Source: Tubiluchus corallicola (taxonomy: Eukaryota > Animalia > Priapulida). From it: 30,606 nt of DNA. The notes beneath the pieces are model-generated. The model saw only the letters and a program-made list of their open reading frames with translations. It did not search any database and was not told the DNA's origin. A program made the translations under genes and the position numbers. Where the stretch lies: the NCBI GenBank assembly GCA_030141605.1, contig JAQGDQ010001664.1, positions 1 through 30,606 of the forward strand. Reading direction: 5' to 3'. This document shows, one piece after another, positions 1 to 12,029 of the stretch (positions are counted from its first letter, which is position 1; the number at the start of each line of letters is the position of its first letter).

Positions 1-443
1 ATAGGCAGCAAGCTTTAGGAATTGGTAATAATCAGAGGATTTTTCAATATTAAAGATTTTTACGGATCTGCAACTGGCAACAAGCTTTAGGAATTGGTAA
101 TAATCAAAGGATTTTTCAATATTAAAGATTTTTACGGATCTGCAACAGGCAGCAAGCTTTAGGAATTGGTAATAATCAAAGGATTTTTCAATATTAAAGA
201 TTTTTACGGATCTGCAACAGGCAGCAAGCTTTAGGAATTGGTAATAATCAAAGGATTTTTCAATATTAAAGATTTTTACGGATCTGGAATAGGCAGCAAG
301 TTTTAGGAATTGGTAATAATCAAAGGATTTTTCAATATTAAAGATTTTTACGGAGCTGCAACAGGCAGCAAGCTTTAGGAATTGGTAATAATCATATTGT
401 TTTTCAATATTAAAGATTTTTACGGAGCTGCAACAGGCAACAA
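1..443 (-). repeat. 72-bp minisatellite array, left arm (~6 copies, cut by the window start)
   Basis: Unit GGAATTGGTAATAATCAAAGGATTTTTCAATATTAAAGATTTTTACGGATCTGCAACAGGCAGCAAGCTTTA recurs every 72 bp. It is the reverse complement of the array at 2000-2611. Confidence 0.97.
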
Positions 444-754
444 ACAGACTAGACTTGGGGCCAAACTGTATCAGAGTGTTGTGTCTGGATAGTTGAAATT
501 TTCTGCATTAGCCGATTTCACGTAAGAGATACCGCGCATTGTTGAAGTGGAAACACTGCAGTTATTGATTGCTTTTTTCAGTCTTTTTTGTCAAATATCG
601 ATTTTTAATTTGTCTAAGGTACGCAAATGGATCGCATATATAATTTTGCGTAAGAAACCTACAAAAATTATTGACTACGATGTAATCCCTGCTCAGTAAG
701 AGCAGTTTTCCTTGAACCTATACAAAATGCAGCAAACTTTTATGGTCCTGAAAT

Positions 755-1113
755 CTGGAGCTTGAGGGCAGCACTGTGCACTTTGTGCGCCTGTCTGGAG
801 CTTGAGGGCAGCACTGTGCACTTGGTGCGGCTGTCTGGAGCTTGAGGGCAGCACTGTGCACTTTGTACGCATGTCTGGAGCTTGAGGGCAGCACTGTGCA
901 CTTGGTGCGCCTGTCTGGAGCTTGAGGGCAGCACTGTGCACTTTGTACGCCTGTCTGGAGCTTCAGGGCAGCACTGTGCACTTGGTGCGCCTGTCTGGAG
1001 CTTGAGGGCAGCACTGTGCACTTTGTACGCCTGTCTGGAGCTTCAGGGCAGCACTGTGCACTTGGTGCGCCTGTCTGGAGCTTGAGGGCAGCACTGTGCA
1101 TTTTGTATGCCTG
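755..1113. repeat. 40-bp minisatellite, 9 copies, with 80-bp dimeric higher-order structure
   Basis: CTGGAGCTTGAGGGCAGCACTGTGCACTT(T/G)GT(G/A)CGCCTGT at 755, 795, ... 1075. TTTGT and TTGGT variants alternate strictly. Confidence 0.97.
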
Positions 1114-1999
1114 CTGCTGCTGTGATTCATCTTTCAGTAATGCAGGCAGCATTTTGTAAACAGTTGGGACTTAGTGGTGGCTTCGTTTGTGAGCAGGAAT
1201 GCAGATACTGTGAATTTTTCCTGGCTGATGAAGCCACACATGTGTGCACGTGACCAAAGACAAAATTTTGCTGTTAAGTGCTAAAAACTTGCGTCCGGTT
1301 TTCTAAAATTTGGGGAAATAATTATATGTGTAAAGTGGTTGTTAAACACACAATTAAAGACTGTGTGCACTTTGTTTGTGGCTACGATGTGATAGTTCCT
1401 GCAATGCTAACCAAGTGCTGTCCGTGTTGGTCTGTGATGTAGTGAATCTTGAGGTAGTAAAAGATGGCGATCAGCAATTGAACGGGGATTCTGCCATTTC
1501 GTGCATAACGTCATGGCTTCTTTTTGCTCATGCTGAAACCCCTGCTCAAAGAGTGACTAGCAGGCGGGCTAAGGTTCCCCCACTCTTATGTAAAGTTTAT
1601 AGCCATGTTTGTAGATAAATAACCCCAGTTAAACGACAGTTTAGTTGGAATTGGTTTAATTCCAATACCTGATCGAACAAAAGCATTACTTATGCATCTA
1701 TTGCGGCAGTAGTGACCAGCCAGCCAAATTTAAAAGTTCACTGTTACCTGCTAAAATTCAGTAACGGAAAACTCTAAATTAACACAAATTTGTAAGTCAC
1801 TCTTTTGAGTTTTTTGTGACTCACGAATTAGTTCGATTTCGCTAAATGGAAATCTCCGTTAATATGTACTTTCGAATGTTTTTGAAATAGAACGATTTAG
1901 CACAATTTCAGTTTAAGGTAGTTCTCTTTGTGTTCTGTCTCTGCCATAATAGCAGGCTTTTTCATACCGACAAAACTAGCGGCTGAACGATAATTTGAC

Positions 2000-2611
2000 A
2001 AAAATCTTTAATATTGAAAAATCCTTTGATTATTACCAATTCCTAAAGCTTGCTGCCAGTTGCAGATCCGTAAAAATCTTTAATATTGAAAAATCCTTTG
2101 ATTATTACCAATTCCTAAAACTTGTTGCCTATTGCAGATCCGTAAAAATCTTTAATATTGAAAAATCCTTTGATTATTACCAATTCCTAAAACCTGTTGC
2201 CTGTTGCAGATCCGTAAAAATCTTTAATATTGAAAAATCCTTTGATTATTACCAATTCCTAAAGCTTGCTGCCAGTTGCAGATCCGTAAAAATCTTTAAT
2301 ATTGAAAAATCCTTTGATTATTACCAATTCCTAAAACTTGCTGCCTGTTGCAGATCCGTAAAAATCTTTAATATTGAAAAATCCTTTGATTATTACCAAT
2401 TCCTAAAGCTTGCTGCCAGTTGCAGATCCGTAAAAATCTTTAATATTGAAAAATCCTTTGACTATTACCAATTCCTAAAGCTTGCTGCCTATTGCAGATC
2501 CGTAAAAATCTTTAATATTGAAAAATCCTTTGATTATTACCAATTCCTAAAGCTTGCTGCCTATTGCAGATCCGTAAAAATCTTTAATATTGAAAAATCC
2601 TTTGATTATTA
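2000..2611 (+). repeat. 72-bp minisatellite array, right arm (~8.5 copies), inverted relative to 1-443
   Basis: AAAAATCTTTAATATTG starts at 2000, 2072 and so on. This explains the repetitive ORF 1995..2627. Confidence 0.97.
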
Positions 2612-3436
2612 TGAATGTATAAGGTGATGTGCACCTTAATAAAGAAAAAAGTAGTTTGTATGAGTCATCATCCACATTGGCAATATATTTAGTATAGGCA
2701 GATGGCAGGAGATGTGATAAGGTTATTATAACGCAGGGTGGGAAGGTAATTTTGTCATGATATCGTTACGTGAATTCACGCTTTTTTCAACTTCACGCTT
2801 TTTTCAACTTCAAGCTTTTCTCACACCTATGTGCCAGCAACAGATAATGCTACTGCTGATGCCAGTAGAGTCCACTGATGGTTTCCCGTTAATTAACACG
2901 AGTGACGTTGTTGCCTGTTCTTGGGAGGAGGAAGAATAAGATCTACAAAAAGCTACGTTGGTGTGACATCGTTAGCAATATGAGGGGTTGGTAGGTGGCG
3001 AGGCATACGATAACGCCATATTAGCGGAAGGCAGGTCTTCGAAATCAGCCGAAAACTTGATATCGTTATGCGTGGATGGCCCCTAACAATGCATTACTAA
3101 TTTTGCAAAAACTCTGCATCATGCAGTACGGATGGTAAGTTCAAAGTTGCCCAAATGGTAAGTGACAATCACCAATAAGCTTTTTCACGGTTCCGGCGAT
3201 TGATGATGATCGTGAAAATGTCAAAGGTTAAGTGACCAGACAACGTATTTGTATACACTTGACAACGACCCGTAGCACATGCTGTTGTAATAGTAATAGT
3301 TTTAACAGCTAGCTAGAGTCTTACCTAGTTCATTTTCTCCTGTTTCCAAGCAAGATCCTGCTAGTAAATCACTCTACGCACAGACTAGTCACTAGTGCAT
3401 AATTAAGTAAAATCCACATAAAACAATTGAAGTCAC

Positions 3437-3770
3437 TGAACTGATGCGGCAGATGGCTTTGCTTTACCCACATGCCACTCTGTAGTTAAGGCGTGTTGCT
3501 GTGGTACACTTAACCTTTGGCCTACAGCAACTGCGCGCGTGCGCACAACGAAACTGTGAAAAGGACTATTCTTTACTATCCAGAACACATACTATACAAT
3601 AGTCTTATTACAAATTCGAGCACAAGCTTTCACGAACTGATGCAGCAATGGTTTTGCTTTACCCACATGTCACGTGACATAATGCAGTTAAGATGCATTA
3701 CTGTGGCACACTTAACCTTTTCGCCTGCAGCAACTGTGCGTACGCCAGCGAAACTGCGAAAAGGATTATT
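3437..3770. repeat. Diverged local direct duplication (~135-bp core, ~197-bp offset)
   Basis: GAACTGATGC...TTTGCTTTACCC...CACTTAACCTTT...CAGCAACTG...CGAAACTG.GAAAAGGA.TATT occurs at ~3437-3570 and ~3634-3770. Confidence 0.8.
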
Positions 3771-3879
3771 ATCAACATTTTCACGCGGTGAGCGGGTGTC
3801 ATTTCCGCAACAAGAGTGCAATTGCTTAATCGAAGCGTTCTGACAGTAGCACGGCAGATTCAGTAAAAACATGCTAGAG

Positions 3880-4361
3880 CAGAGGTGTGCAAATCATTTG
3901 ACTAGCTGGGCCACATTAAACTTTCCCGCAATTCCTGTGGGCCACAGGCAGTTTGATCAAGGAGCCAAGTACAGAAGGGCCTAATAACGAATTTTTTGCA
4001 TCCGACCTGCGTACATCATTACTACTACACTCAATAAACTATTTTAGAAGTTATTAAAATTTATATTACAAATCATATATTTCTACTTTCGGGACAGATA
4101 GTGGTAATTTCATTACAATGCATATTAGTAATGTGTATCACACAGTCTGTGTAGTACAGTGACATTAAGCTACAACCGTCTTGTAAGGGTTAATGGCATC
4201 CGATCTAGTAGAAAAAACTACCCGCACTATCTTTGGGATCGTGGCACGGACTTCAGCTGGATACACTCAATTAATCGCCCGGGCCGCACTTTCATTAGGT
4301 TGACAAATCTCTTCGTGGGCCGCACAAATTCTCTCGGCGGGCCGCAGTTTGCACACCCCTG
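3880..4361. mobile_element. Non-autonomous hAT (Charlie-like) MITE, 482 bp
   Basis: TIRs CAGAGGTGTGCAAA / TTTGCACACCCCTG. Perfect 8-bp TSD TGCTAGAG at 3872-3879 and 4362-4369. Subterminal GGGCC(G/A)CA motifs. Confidence 0.93.
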
Positions 4362-4880
4362 TGCTAGAGTACCCACTAACGGATTGAACAAGTGCTGATG
4401 AGATTGCAGACTGAGCTCAAAGTGCTGGAGATTACGTTCAATTACGTTACTTCCGTTACTATCATTGATTAGGTTAAGCTTCCCATGTTAATGGAAGCAA
4501 AAAGCAAGAGAAAGCTAAGTTTGAAACTGGTAAAGAATTTTAGTCGATTTACGCTAGAAAAATGCATTAGAATTAAGTATTAATAATGACAATTTAGTTT
4601 CCGGTACTTTAACTTCAAAAGGAACGGCCGTTGCACGTATATAGGGCCTCCGGTTTTCCGCTCCAAAATCGACCAAATTGCGTTTCAAAGAATCGTCAAT
4701 TCCGTTTTAATTCCGCTTCACAAAATTCAAAGCTACACGGCGCTGTTTATCATCAAATTATGTGATGCGCAGCGGCCGTGGCTACGCCATTGTTATATTT
4801 AATGGAGATCAAATGATCAATAACAGTTTAGGCCTAGAAGGACTACAGAATTAAACCTTTAAATGACAGTTTGGTTATTT

Positions 4881-5390
4881 CAGGGATGAGTATGACAACT
4901 TGTAAAAAACTCTGAAATAGGCCAGGGGTTTGGGGACCGCATAAGCCCCGCATGGTTGTTAAAGGGAGCGAAGCAACAAATTGCAATTTTGTGACCGTAG
5001 AGAGCCTCTAAGCGGACCTAGAATATCAATTATCTTGCTTCATGCATAATTTAAAATACCCAACTATCAAGGATACATGATACCTAATTGTCTCAAAAAC
5101 GCCTAAGTACTGGCCGCTCCTATGTAAAAGTATATAAAAACTGTCTGCAATTGACTCAAATAAATCTGCACAATTGATTCTATATTTTTATACATAGAGA
5201 TATACACGTGGTTACACTGATGTACGTGATGTAAACAAAGTGACGGCCTGCCAACTAGCGGTCAGTTTGGGAAATAACGTGCCGGGTCCGTAAAAATTTT
5301 CTCAGCGAATTTACGCGATTTACAAAAATGGCACTACTGGTCTTCCAAAATCTCGGAATTCCGCGTATCCGTGGAAAATTCTCATCCCTG
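4881..5390. mobile_element. Probable hAT-like MITE
   Basis: Perfect 10-bp TIR CAGGGATGAG / CTCATCCCTG. The flanks share only TTATTT (imperfect TSD). Internal ~5083-5270 has an inverted relative at ~25130-25230. Confidence 0.6.
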
Positions 5391-5635
5391 TTATTTTGGT
5401 GTTATTCAATCATTGGCACCCGTTGACTAATTTTACTGATGAAAGCAGGTACGGCTCAACTCGTCCGCCATCGGTGACCAAGATCAAAATGGCCGTACAT
5501 CAAATTGCGAACACATAATATTATAGTGCTGTAAAGATACACCTAGATCATAATACATGTCATGATACTAACCCCACGATATGATACGCATCACGATACA
5601 CCCGAGTTAGCGTTTGAGGGTTTTATAAAAAAGTT

Positions 5636-5783
5636 AGATGAAGCCATTGATAATAAATGCTAAACATATTACCAGATGAAGCCATTGATAATAAGTGCAA
5701 ACATATCACCAGATGAAGCCATTGATAATAAGTGCTAAACATATTACCAGATGAAGCCATTGATAATAAGTGCTAAACATATT
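5636..5783. repeat. 38-bp tandem repeat, ~4 copies
   Basis: AGATGAAGCCATTGATAATAAGTGCTAAACATATTACC at 5636, 5674 and onward. Confidence 0.93.
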
Positions 5784-6001
5784 GTATCACTCAACAGTTT
5801 TAGGATTGTTAAATGCTAAAATAACTCGATAAACTGTTGGATTTTTAATTATTACATGTGTAATGTGTTGGTTATTGTTTGCATTGTAAGCCTCCAGAAA
5901 AACAAAATGTATCGATACTTTAGGTTTAAAAGTTGCTTGTACATTTTCTGGTTCATTTTTGTCACTTTGCAAGTTTACATGTAAACAACATAGTTAACCT
6001 G

Positions 6002-6028
6002 TCTCTCTCTCTCCCTCCCTCCCTCCCT

Positions 6029-6122
<94 letters not shown>

Positions 6123-6137
6123 GTCTCTCTCTCCCCC
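6002..6137. repeat. (CT)n/(CCCT)n microsatellite
   Basis: Directly visible. Confidence 0.98.
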
Positions 6138-6518
6138 TACAGAATAAACACCTTGTATTTTCAACCTCTATGACAGCTAGTAGTGTCTGTGTTACGTCAA
6201 CTACTGCTCACTGCACTGATTGTTACGTATCTACAGTAAACTCTACAGCTGCAGCTTGAATCACTTCACATCATTTTTATCAACATACGGTCATTCGTGT
6301 GCTAATTTGCTAAATATCATTGACTCTCATATTATCACTATACGGGAACACTTTGGCAACACGCATATCATAATATAAGATATCACTACGTGTTGATGGA
6401 TCATTACACGCCTATGACATTACAATTAGAACTTTGAGATTACGGATAAACAAGGTTATGATACGTAAGAAAATATTCTGATATTTCTAAACGGTTTAAG
6501 ATAGATTTCAACACTTAC

Positions 6519-7740
6519 CAAAAAATTCCCCCTCCTTTTCGCTGTCCGACGATCCCCCCATTTCACACTCCAGTTGCTCGGTAAGCGCCGCGATTTTCCT
6601 TTCCGCCTCGGTGGGTCCTTTCGGCTTCGGAGGCGTGATGCTGTACGGAAGAGGCAACTTAGCTTTTTGTCCATACTGTGGCGAGTGAAACTTTTGCACA
6701 GCGGGTACCGGCGTCCTCGCGGTGCCGTTTGTGAACCGGTTTGAGGCGTTGTACACCGAGCTGAACGTGTTCGGTGGTTGACTGAAAGCCGTGCTCGTGC
6801 TGTGTTTATAAGACGAGACGGGCTGCGGCGGCGGCAAGCGCGGCGACGGCAAGGGCGAGTGATTGATCGAATCAGTCGAATAAAACGTGTCGCGCTGGGG
6901 ACTGTCACTTCGCGAATTTTGTATGCATCGTTCGTAAGCGGCCGCGGCGGCCGCAACGTTCGACTTCACTTGTGGCTTGGCTTGCATGATCGGCCTGCCC
7001 AAATTGTCGATGGGCCGTCCGAGACAGGAGACACTGTTTCGAGGACTAGCGTGTTGAGAGTCCTGCGAATCGACGCTAGATTCTCGTGAGCTCGTGCGTC
7101 CAAACGGTCCGGGATCGCTGATGTCAGAATGTACGATCACGCTCGACTGCGGGCTGGAGCTGCCGGACTGCATTATGGACGATCGAGGACTCGACGAATC
7201 GTATATCTGATTGACCACGGTTAGCGGTCGAGATGGACTGTGAACCGGACTAGCGACACTTTCTCTGGGACTACCGTGCGGACTCGATCGTGAGATACCG
7301 GGATCGAGCCGATACTGGTATCCCGGATGAGGCGGCGGTGCGTTTCCTTTCAACGCACTCGCTCTGGGACTAACGCTGACGACATTGTACCTTTTACTTA
7401 AACTAGCCGCTCCGTTTGCAACAGACGGCTGAAATTTGGATGAACCAGACAATGCGTTCCCGTACGAATCTGACTTACTACTCGGAGACGCATGACCATC
7501 TACTACTATTCGCGCAAAACGCATGGGGCTGTTACTTCTCGGACTAGCCATTCCGAAGCTTCCCGGCGAGCCGGAACGATAGTCCTGTTCCATATAGTTG
7601 TAGACGTCGCGCTTTTTCTGAAAGTCGTGCGAAGAATGAGGAGAGTTTCTTAAAACGCCCTTGGCTTCGGCTTCCAGTATGCTTAAATCCTCCATGAACT
7701 TTGTGGCTTCGCGGCCCAGTTCTTCACCGTAGTCCGTCAT
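6519..7740 (-). CDS. LIMD1: First coding exon (pre-LIM region, 407 codons + 1 nt) of a LIMD1/WTIP/Ajuba (jub) family LIM protein
   Basis: N-terminus MTDYGEELGREATKFMEDLSILEA resembles the LIMD1 start (MDKYDDLGLEASKFIEDL). The body is Ser/Pro-rich. The end LPYSITPPKPKGPTEAERKIAALTEQLE...GEFFG is the motif that precedes LIM1 in this family. A phase-1 donor G|GTAAGT follows at 6518. The symbol is family-level only. No LIM exons were found in 1-6518. Confidence 0.9.
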
Positions 7741-8371
7741 CGCGAGGATCAACCGAATCTTCAATCTGAAATCAAAATTTAGCAAAAATGCTACTGAATG
7801 CTTCATCAATTTGCAAAACACTTTTTTCTTTTACTTGGGAAATCTGCCAGTGAAAGTAGATATATATAAATATATATATATGTTTATTGACTGATAACGA
7901 GATAGTCGAACATGATACTTTAGTTCAGTCCATAGATCACTACAAAAAAAGGACTTTTGATCATATAACATGATCACTACTGTCAAAAAATAACTGAAGA
8001 ATTATTCACAAATTCTCACTACACACTTGTTATCGCCTAACATGATGATTACTGTCCAAAAATCGCTAAACAGTTATTTACAAATTCACAATATGACTTT
8101 GGGTTTCCATTGAAAAATTCATGCAAATCGTCGAAGCTCAGTTCAGTGTTATCTTCACGAAGGTGATTCGTAAGTGGCATAGATATGTGAAGAACTTGTA
8201 CATAAGAATGGCCGAACTTGCAGAAAGCTCAGCATTTGCGGAGCAATTAGACGGAATTGAACAGTAAGACTGAATGAAATGAACAGCATTGAAAGTTTAA
8301 CGCTATTCGAGTATCCGAGGTCATTTACCATTTCGTGTATTTAGTACATTCTAAGGAAAAGTTTCTTTGCA

Positions 8372-8917
8372 TAAGAAACCGGACGATTTTTTAGACTCAA
8401 TCTCATTTTAATTTTACTGTCCAAAATATACATTTTGTCGCCTATAAAAGTTAATAATTGTTCCTTATATTTGAATAATTAGCTTAGATAGTTAATTAAC
8501 GGCAACCGAACACAGCTATAGCTTACGTCAGAAACTACCCACAGTTTGTGCCTTGGCAGGCATCTTCCCTTGCGCATCAAGCACGTTTGCGTAAGTGTTA
8601 CTGCTTAAACGCATGGTGTCACGAAAATGGGCTCTACATCATATGACGGCATGAAACTAACACTGCAGTTCATGATCATGCTTATCACGGTACCGCCTTC
8701 TATTTGTCGGCCACGCGCACGTGACAAAAAGGCGCCGCTGCCAATCTTAGTAAATTCGCTTTTTCGCGCGTAGCTTTGAAAGTTTAACGAAATTTGAGTT
8801 TCCGAGGTTATTATTATTTAATCTAAGCTGTGATTTAAAAAAAAGCTATTGTAGTTTTTAATATTTTAGAGCATTCTTTATTCTGAACTCGTGTTTACAC
8901 AATCGTGCGCTTTTCCT
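8372..8917 (-). mobile_element. Kolobok-like MITE copy 1
   Basis: Reverse-complement homolog of 14410-14957 and 18785-19314. Ends are AAACCGGACGAT and ATCGTGCGCTTTTCCT+TTAA; the left end is degenerate. Confidence 0.85.
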
Positions 8918-9437
8918 TTAATTATTTTAGATTATACAGTGTTATTTACTGCATGGGATACGTAATCAAAAGAACACAAAATTTCTGATTATAATGTAAC
9001 ACATGTAATGGACAAAAATAATACTGTATAATTATCTAGTAGCATTTGATTTCCGTCATCTGATGCCAGCCCAAACCACAAGAAAATTTAATCATAAAAA
9101 GTAAAAAACGTCTACATTACTTGGCCCAACAATACAAAACAGGGATGAATGGAAAGTCGAAGATCAACGAGACAGCAATTAAAACTAAGTGATTTGCATT
9201 CTAAAATGAGTTTCATTGGTGTTTTTTTTTATAAGAGTATTAATAGAAAAATAAGGATAGCATCGGCGTCTGATCCAAAATGCATGAGCTTCGTGGATTT
9301 AATGATTTGTGGCGTAGGAGTGTAACACACGGCTAAAATGCGTGACTCTATCTAATGCAGGAGACTTGGCGGGTCTCCTATTAACAATCAATAAACAGTG
9401 AAATTTTCGATATCTCTGGCAGAAAGTGAGAAATTTA

Positions 9438-10347
9438 GGCGCTATTACACTTTCGCACCTCCTAGTTTTTTCTAGGTTATTACTCGTTTCTAGGCTCGTA
9501 GGTCATTATTCTATTATTCTCACGTCATCAGTGAATGTTTCCGCTAATCTCGTGGTAATTTACTCATATATTTAGTGAATAATTACGTTGTATTCACAGT
9601 TCTACACTATACAGTTCGTATCGCCATCTTGTTTGTATGTGTAGTCACGTGACGAATTTCGTACTAGTTTATGCATTATCAGGGCCTAGCTTAAAAGGCA
9701 CGTGACACACTTTTATCTTAACCGCATTTACGAAATAAAGAAAAAACCTTTACTTTTATAACCTAATAATACTACATTATTAGAGACAAAAGAAGATTAT
9801 AAGAAGAAACAAAAATTCGGGAAATCTTTTGAAAAAAAGATAACGACTGACACAGGACTATAATGGCATTCTAGGTTTATACACTCATTATCACCACCAT
9901 TATTGCAGTGTTATTTTTATCATCATCATCATCACTACCACTATTCTGATGCCATTGAAACAGCGAAGATACCGCGATAAATATTTTACATTAATATTTT
10001 TGAAGTAGCGAGGGAACACTGTAATACTATACAAACTCCCGTGGCTGCCACCATAATAATCATAAATTATGCAAAGAAACTAAAAACACAGGTTAAGGGC
10101 CACATACGTCACTGCGCGAGAGCGATTGCGCATTATTGGTGTAAACACGGTTATTCACGTGGAGCTTCTTGCGTGTTGGTGACGGTAAGTAATGTATGAT
10201 TTTAATCTGGAATTATAAGGCCTATAAACCAATAATATTATGGGAATATGGTGTATATTACGCCTGTTGGTCTGCTTTCTGGCCTGCAGGCGTGAAAACA
10301 AACAATAGGCCAGAAAAAAGTAGGCGGTGCGAAAGTGTAATGGCGCC
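9438..10347. mobile_element. MITE with GG termini and 8-bp TSD (Merlin-like), copy 1, 910 bp
   Basis: TIR GGCGCTATTACACTTTCGCACC / GGTGCGAAAGTGTAATGGCGCC. Flanks GAAATTTA / AAAATTTA (7/8). The superfamily is an inference. Confidence 0.85.
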
Positions 10348-10676
10348 AAAATTTATGCACGGTTTTAAAGCTTATGAGTAATGGTACCATGAATGATCAA
10401 GACAAGTCACTAGTCAAATAATTATTTTAGATTATATCGGTATTCAAACTTTTTTCCATTTTTGCTTTCACTTGCCAAAGCTGTACGAGACCGAGTAAAC
10501 ATACAAAATGACTTTTCTCGACGTTGACGACTGCAGGTGGGAAAACTGCACATCATCAATTCAATTAAGTTTATTTATTTGTTCAAGTATGTGAAGAACG
10601 CATACATTGGCAAAATAAGCTATGATTTAACTACTGCACGAATAAATTAAAACACGGATACATACACCGTAGCAAT

Positions 10677-11409
10677 GGCGCTATTACACTTTCGCACCGC
10701 CTAGCTTTTTCTAGGTTATTACTCGTTTCTAGGCTCGTAAGTCATCATTCTATTATTCTTACGTCATCAGTGAATGTTTCCGCTAATCTAATTGTAATTT
10801 AATAATATATTTAGGTATAATTACCAATAATTACGCTGTATTCACAGTTCTACGCCTATACAGGGCGTATCGCCATCTTGTTTGTGTGTATAGTCACGTG
10901 ACAAATTTCGTACTAGTTTATGCATTATCAGGGCCTAGCTTAAAAGGCACGTGACACACTTTCATCTTCACCGCATTTAGGAAATAAAGAAAAAACCTTT
11001 ACTTTTTTTATAATCTAATAGTAATAATACTACAGTAATAAATAAAATTAATGATAAATAACTGTTCCGTTCCAGGCCCACCCGCGATACGATACAAACT
11101 CCCGTAGCTGCAACCCTAATAATCATAAATTATGCGAAGAAACTAAAAATACAGGTTAAGGGCCACAAACGTCACTGCGCGAGAGCGATTGCGCATCAGT
11201 GATGTAAACACGGTTATTCACGTGCAGCTTTTAATAGCGGCTGTAGGTAAGTAATGCATGATTTTAATCTGGACTTATAAAGCGCAAGAAGCAATAATAT
11301 TATGGGAATATGGTGTATATTACGCCTGTTGGTCTGCTTTCTGGCCTGCAGGCGTGAAAACAACCAATAGGCCAGGAAAAGCTAGGCGGTGCGAAAGTGT
11401 AATAGCGCC
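10677..11409. mobile_element. Same MITE family, copy 2, 733 bp
   Basis: TIR GGCGCTATTACACTTTCGCACCGCCTAGCTTTT and its reverse complement. Flanks GTAGCAAT / GTAGCAAG (7/8). Colinear with copy 1 apart from a shorter middle. Confidence 0.87.
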
Positions 11410-11784
11410 GTAGCAAGCTAGCCTACGCCTAAACCATGCCTAATCAGCGTATTACGTATTAAAAATACTTATTATTACCTAATGAATTGACTACTTTTGT
11501 TCCGGAATCACAATGTTCTTAAAGCAACTGAGCATTATTTCCGAACATGTAGTTAACTTTACTGGCAAATTAAACTTAAAATGAAACAAATCTTTTCACA
11601 TAATCTACACACGTAGCTTGGGCCGTGTCCATAAAATGCACATAAATCGCGTAAAGTTGAAAAACAACATTTTTGCTGTAATGAAAAACCTACCACTAGA
11701 TGGCAACACGTTTTTCCCATTTTACCGACGACCTGCTCGTTCCAACTAAGGCGTTCTCCGAAATGGTGCTGGCAAGTGACAACT

Positions 11785-11870
11785 GACAAGCCAACTGCAT
11801 AGCTTTTTGTTGGCGCTTACTGCTGTGTTCTTTTATTTTAGAAATCTGCCTGCCCAATGTCTGCAATTGA
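11785..11870 (+). repeat. Short dispersed repeat shared with ~19621-19740
   Basis: TGACAAGCCA...TTACTGCTG...TTTAGAA.TCTGCCTGCC.AATGTCT.CAAT is present in both places. Confidence 0.65.
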
Positions 11871-12029
11871 AGTAATTAGTTTGTCAAGTAGAGGTCGTCT
11901 GCTCAGGATTATAACGATGACTGCTTATTCTTTATGTTTTACAGGTTCCATTCATCACTTTTGTGTCACCAAATATTGTAATGCGTTCTGCAGGTGCCAA
12001 AGCAAAATAGTGATATTGCTGAGATGAAT

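Noticed and set aside
693-1152. Overlapping Cys/Gln-rich ORFs
   Set aside because: They arise from the 40-bp repeat cycling through reading frames. No recognisable domain.
1995-2627. 210-aa ORF of 24-aa repeats (KIFNIEKSFDYYQFLK...)
   Set aside because: It is the translation of a 72-bp minisatellite with a TTG start, and the same array occurs inverted nearby. There is no gene context.
1-6518. Downstream LIM-domain exons of the LIMD1-family gene
   Set aside because: I found no CxxC...HxxC-coding exon on the minus strand by eye. They are presumably beyond the window start, though a short exon could be missed.
6456-7089. Arg-rich ORFs 6456..6956 (-) and 6778..7089 (+)
   Set aside because: They are alternative frames of the GC-rich LIMD1-family exon.
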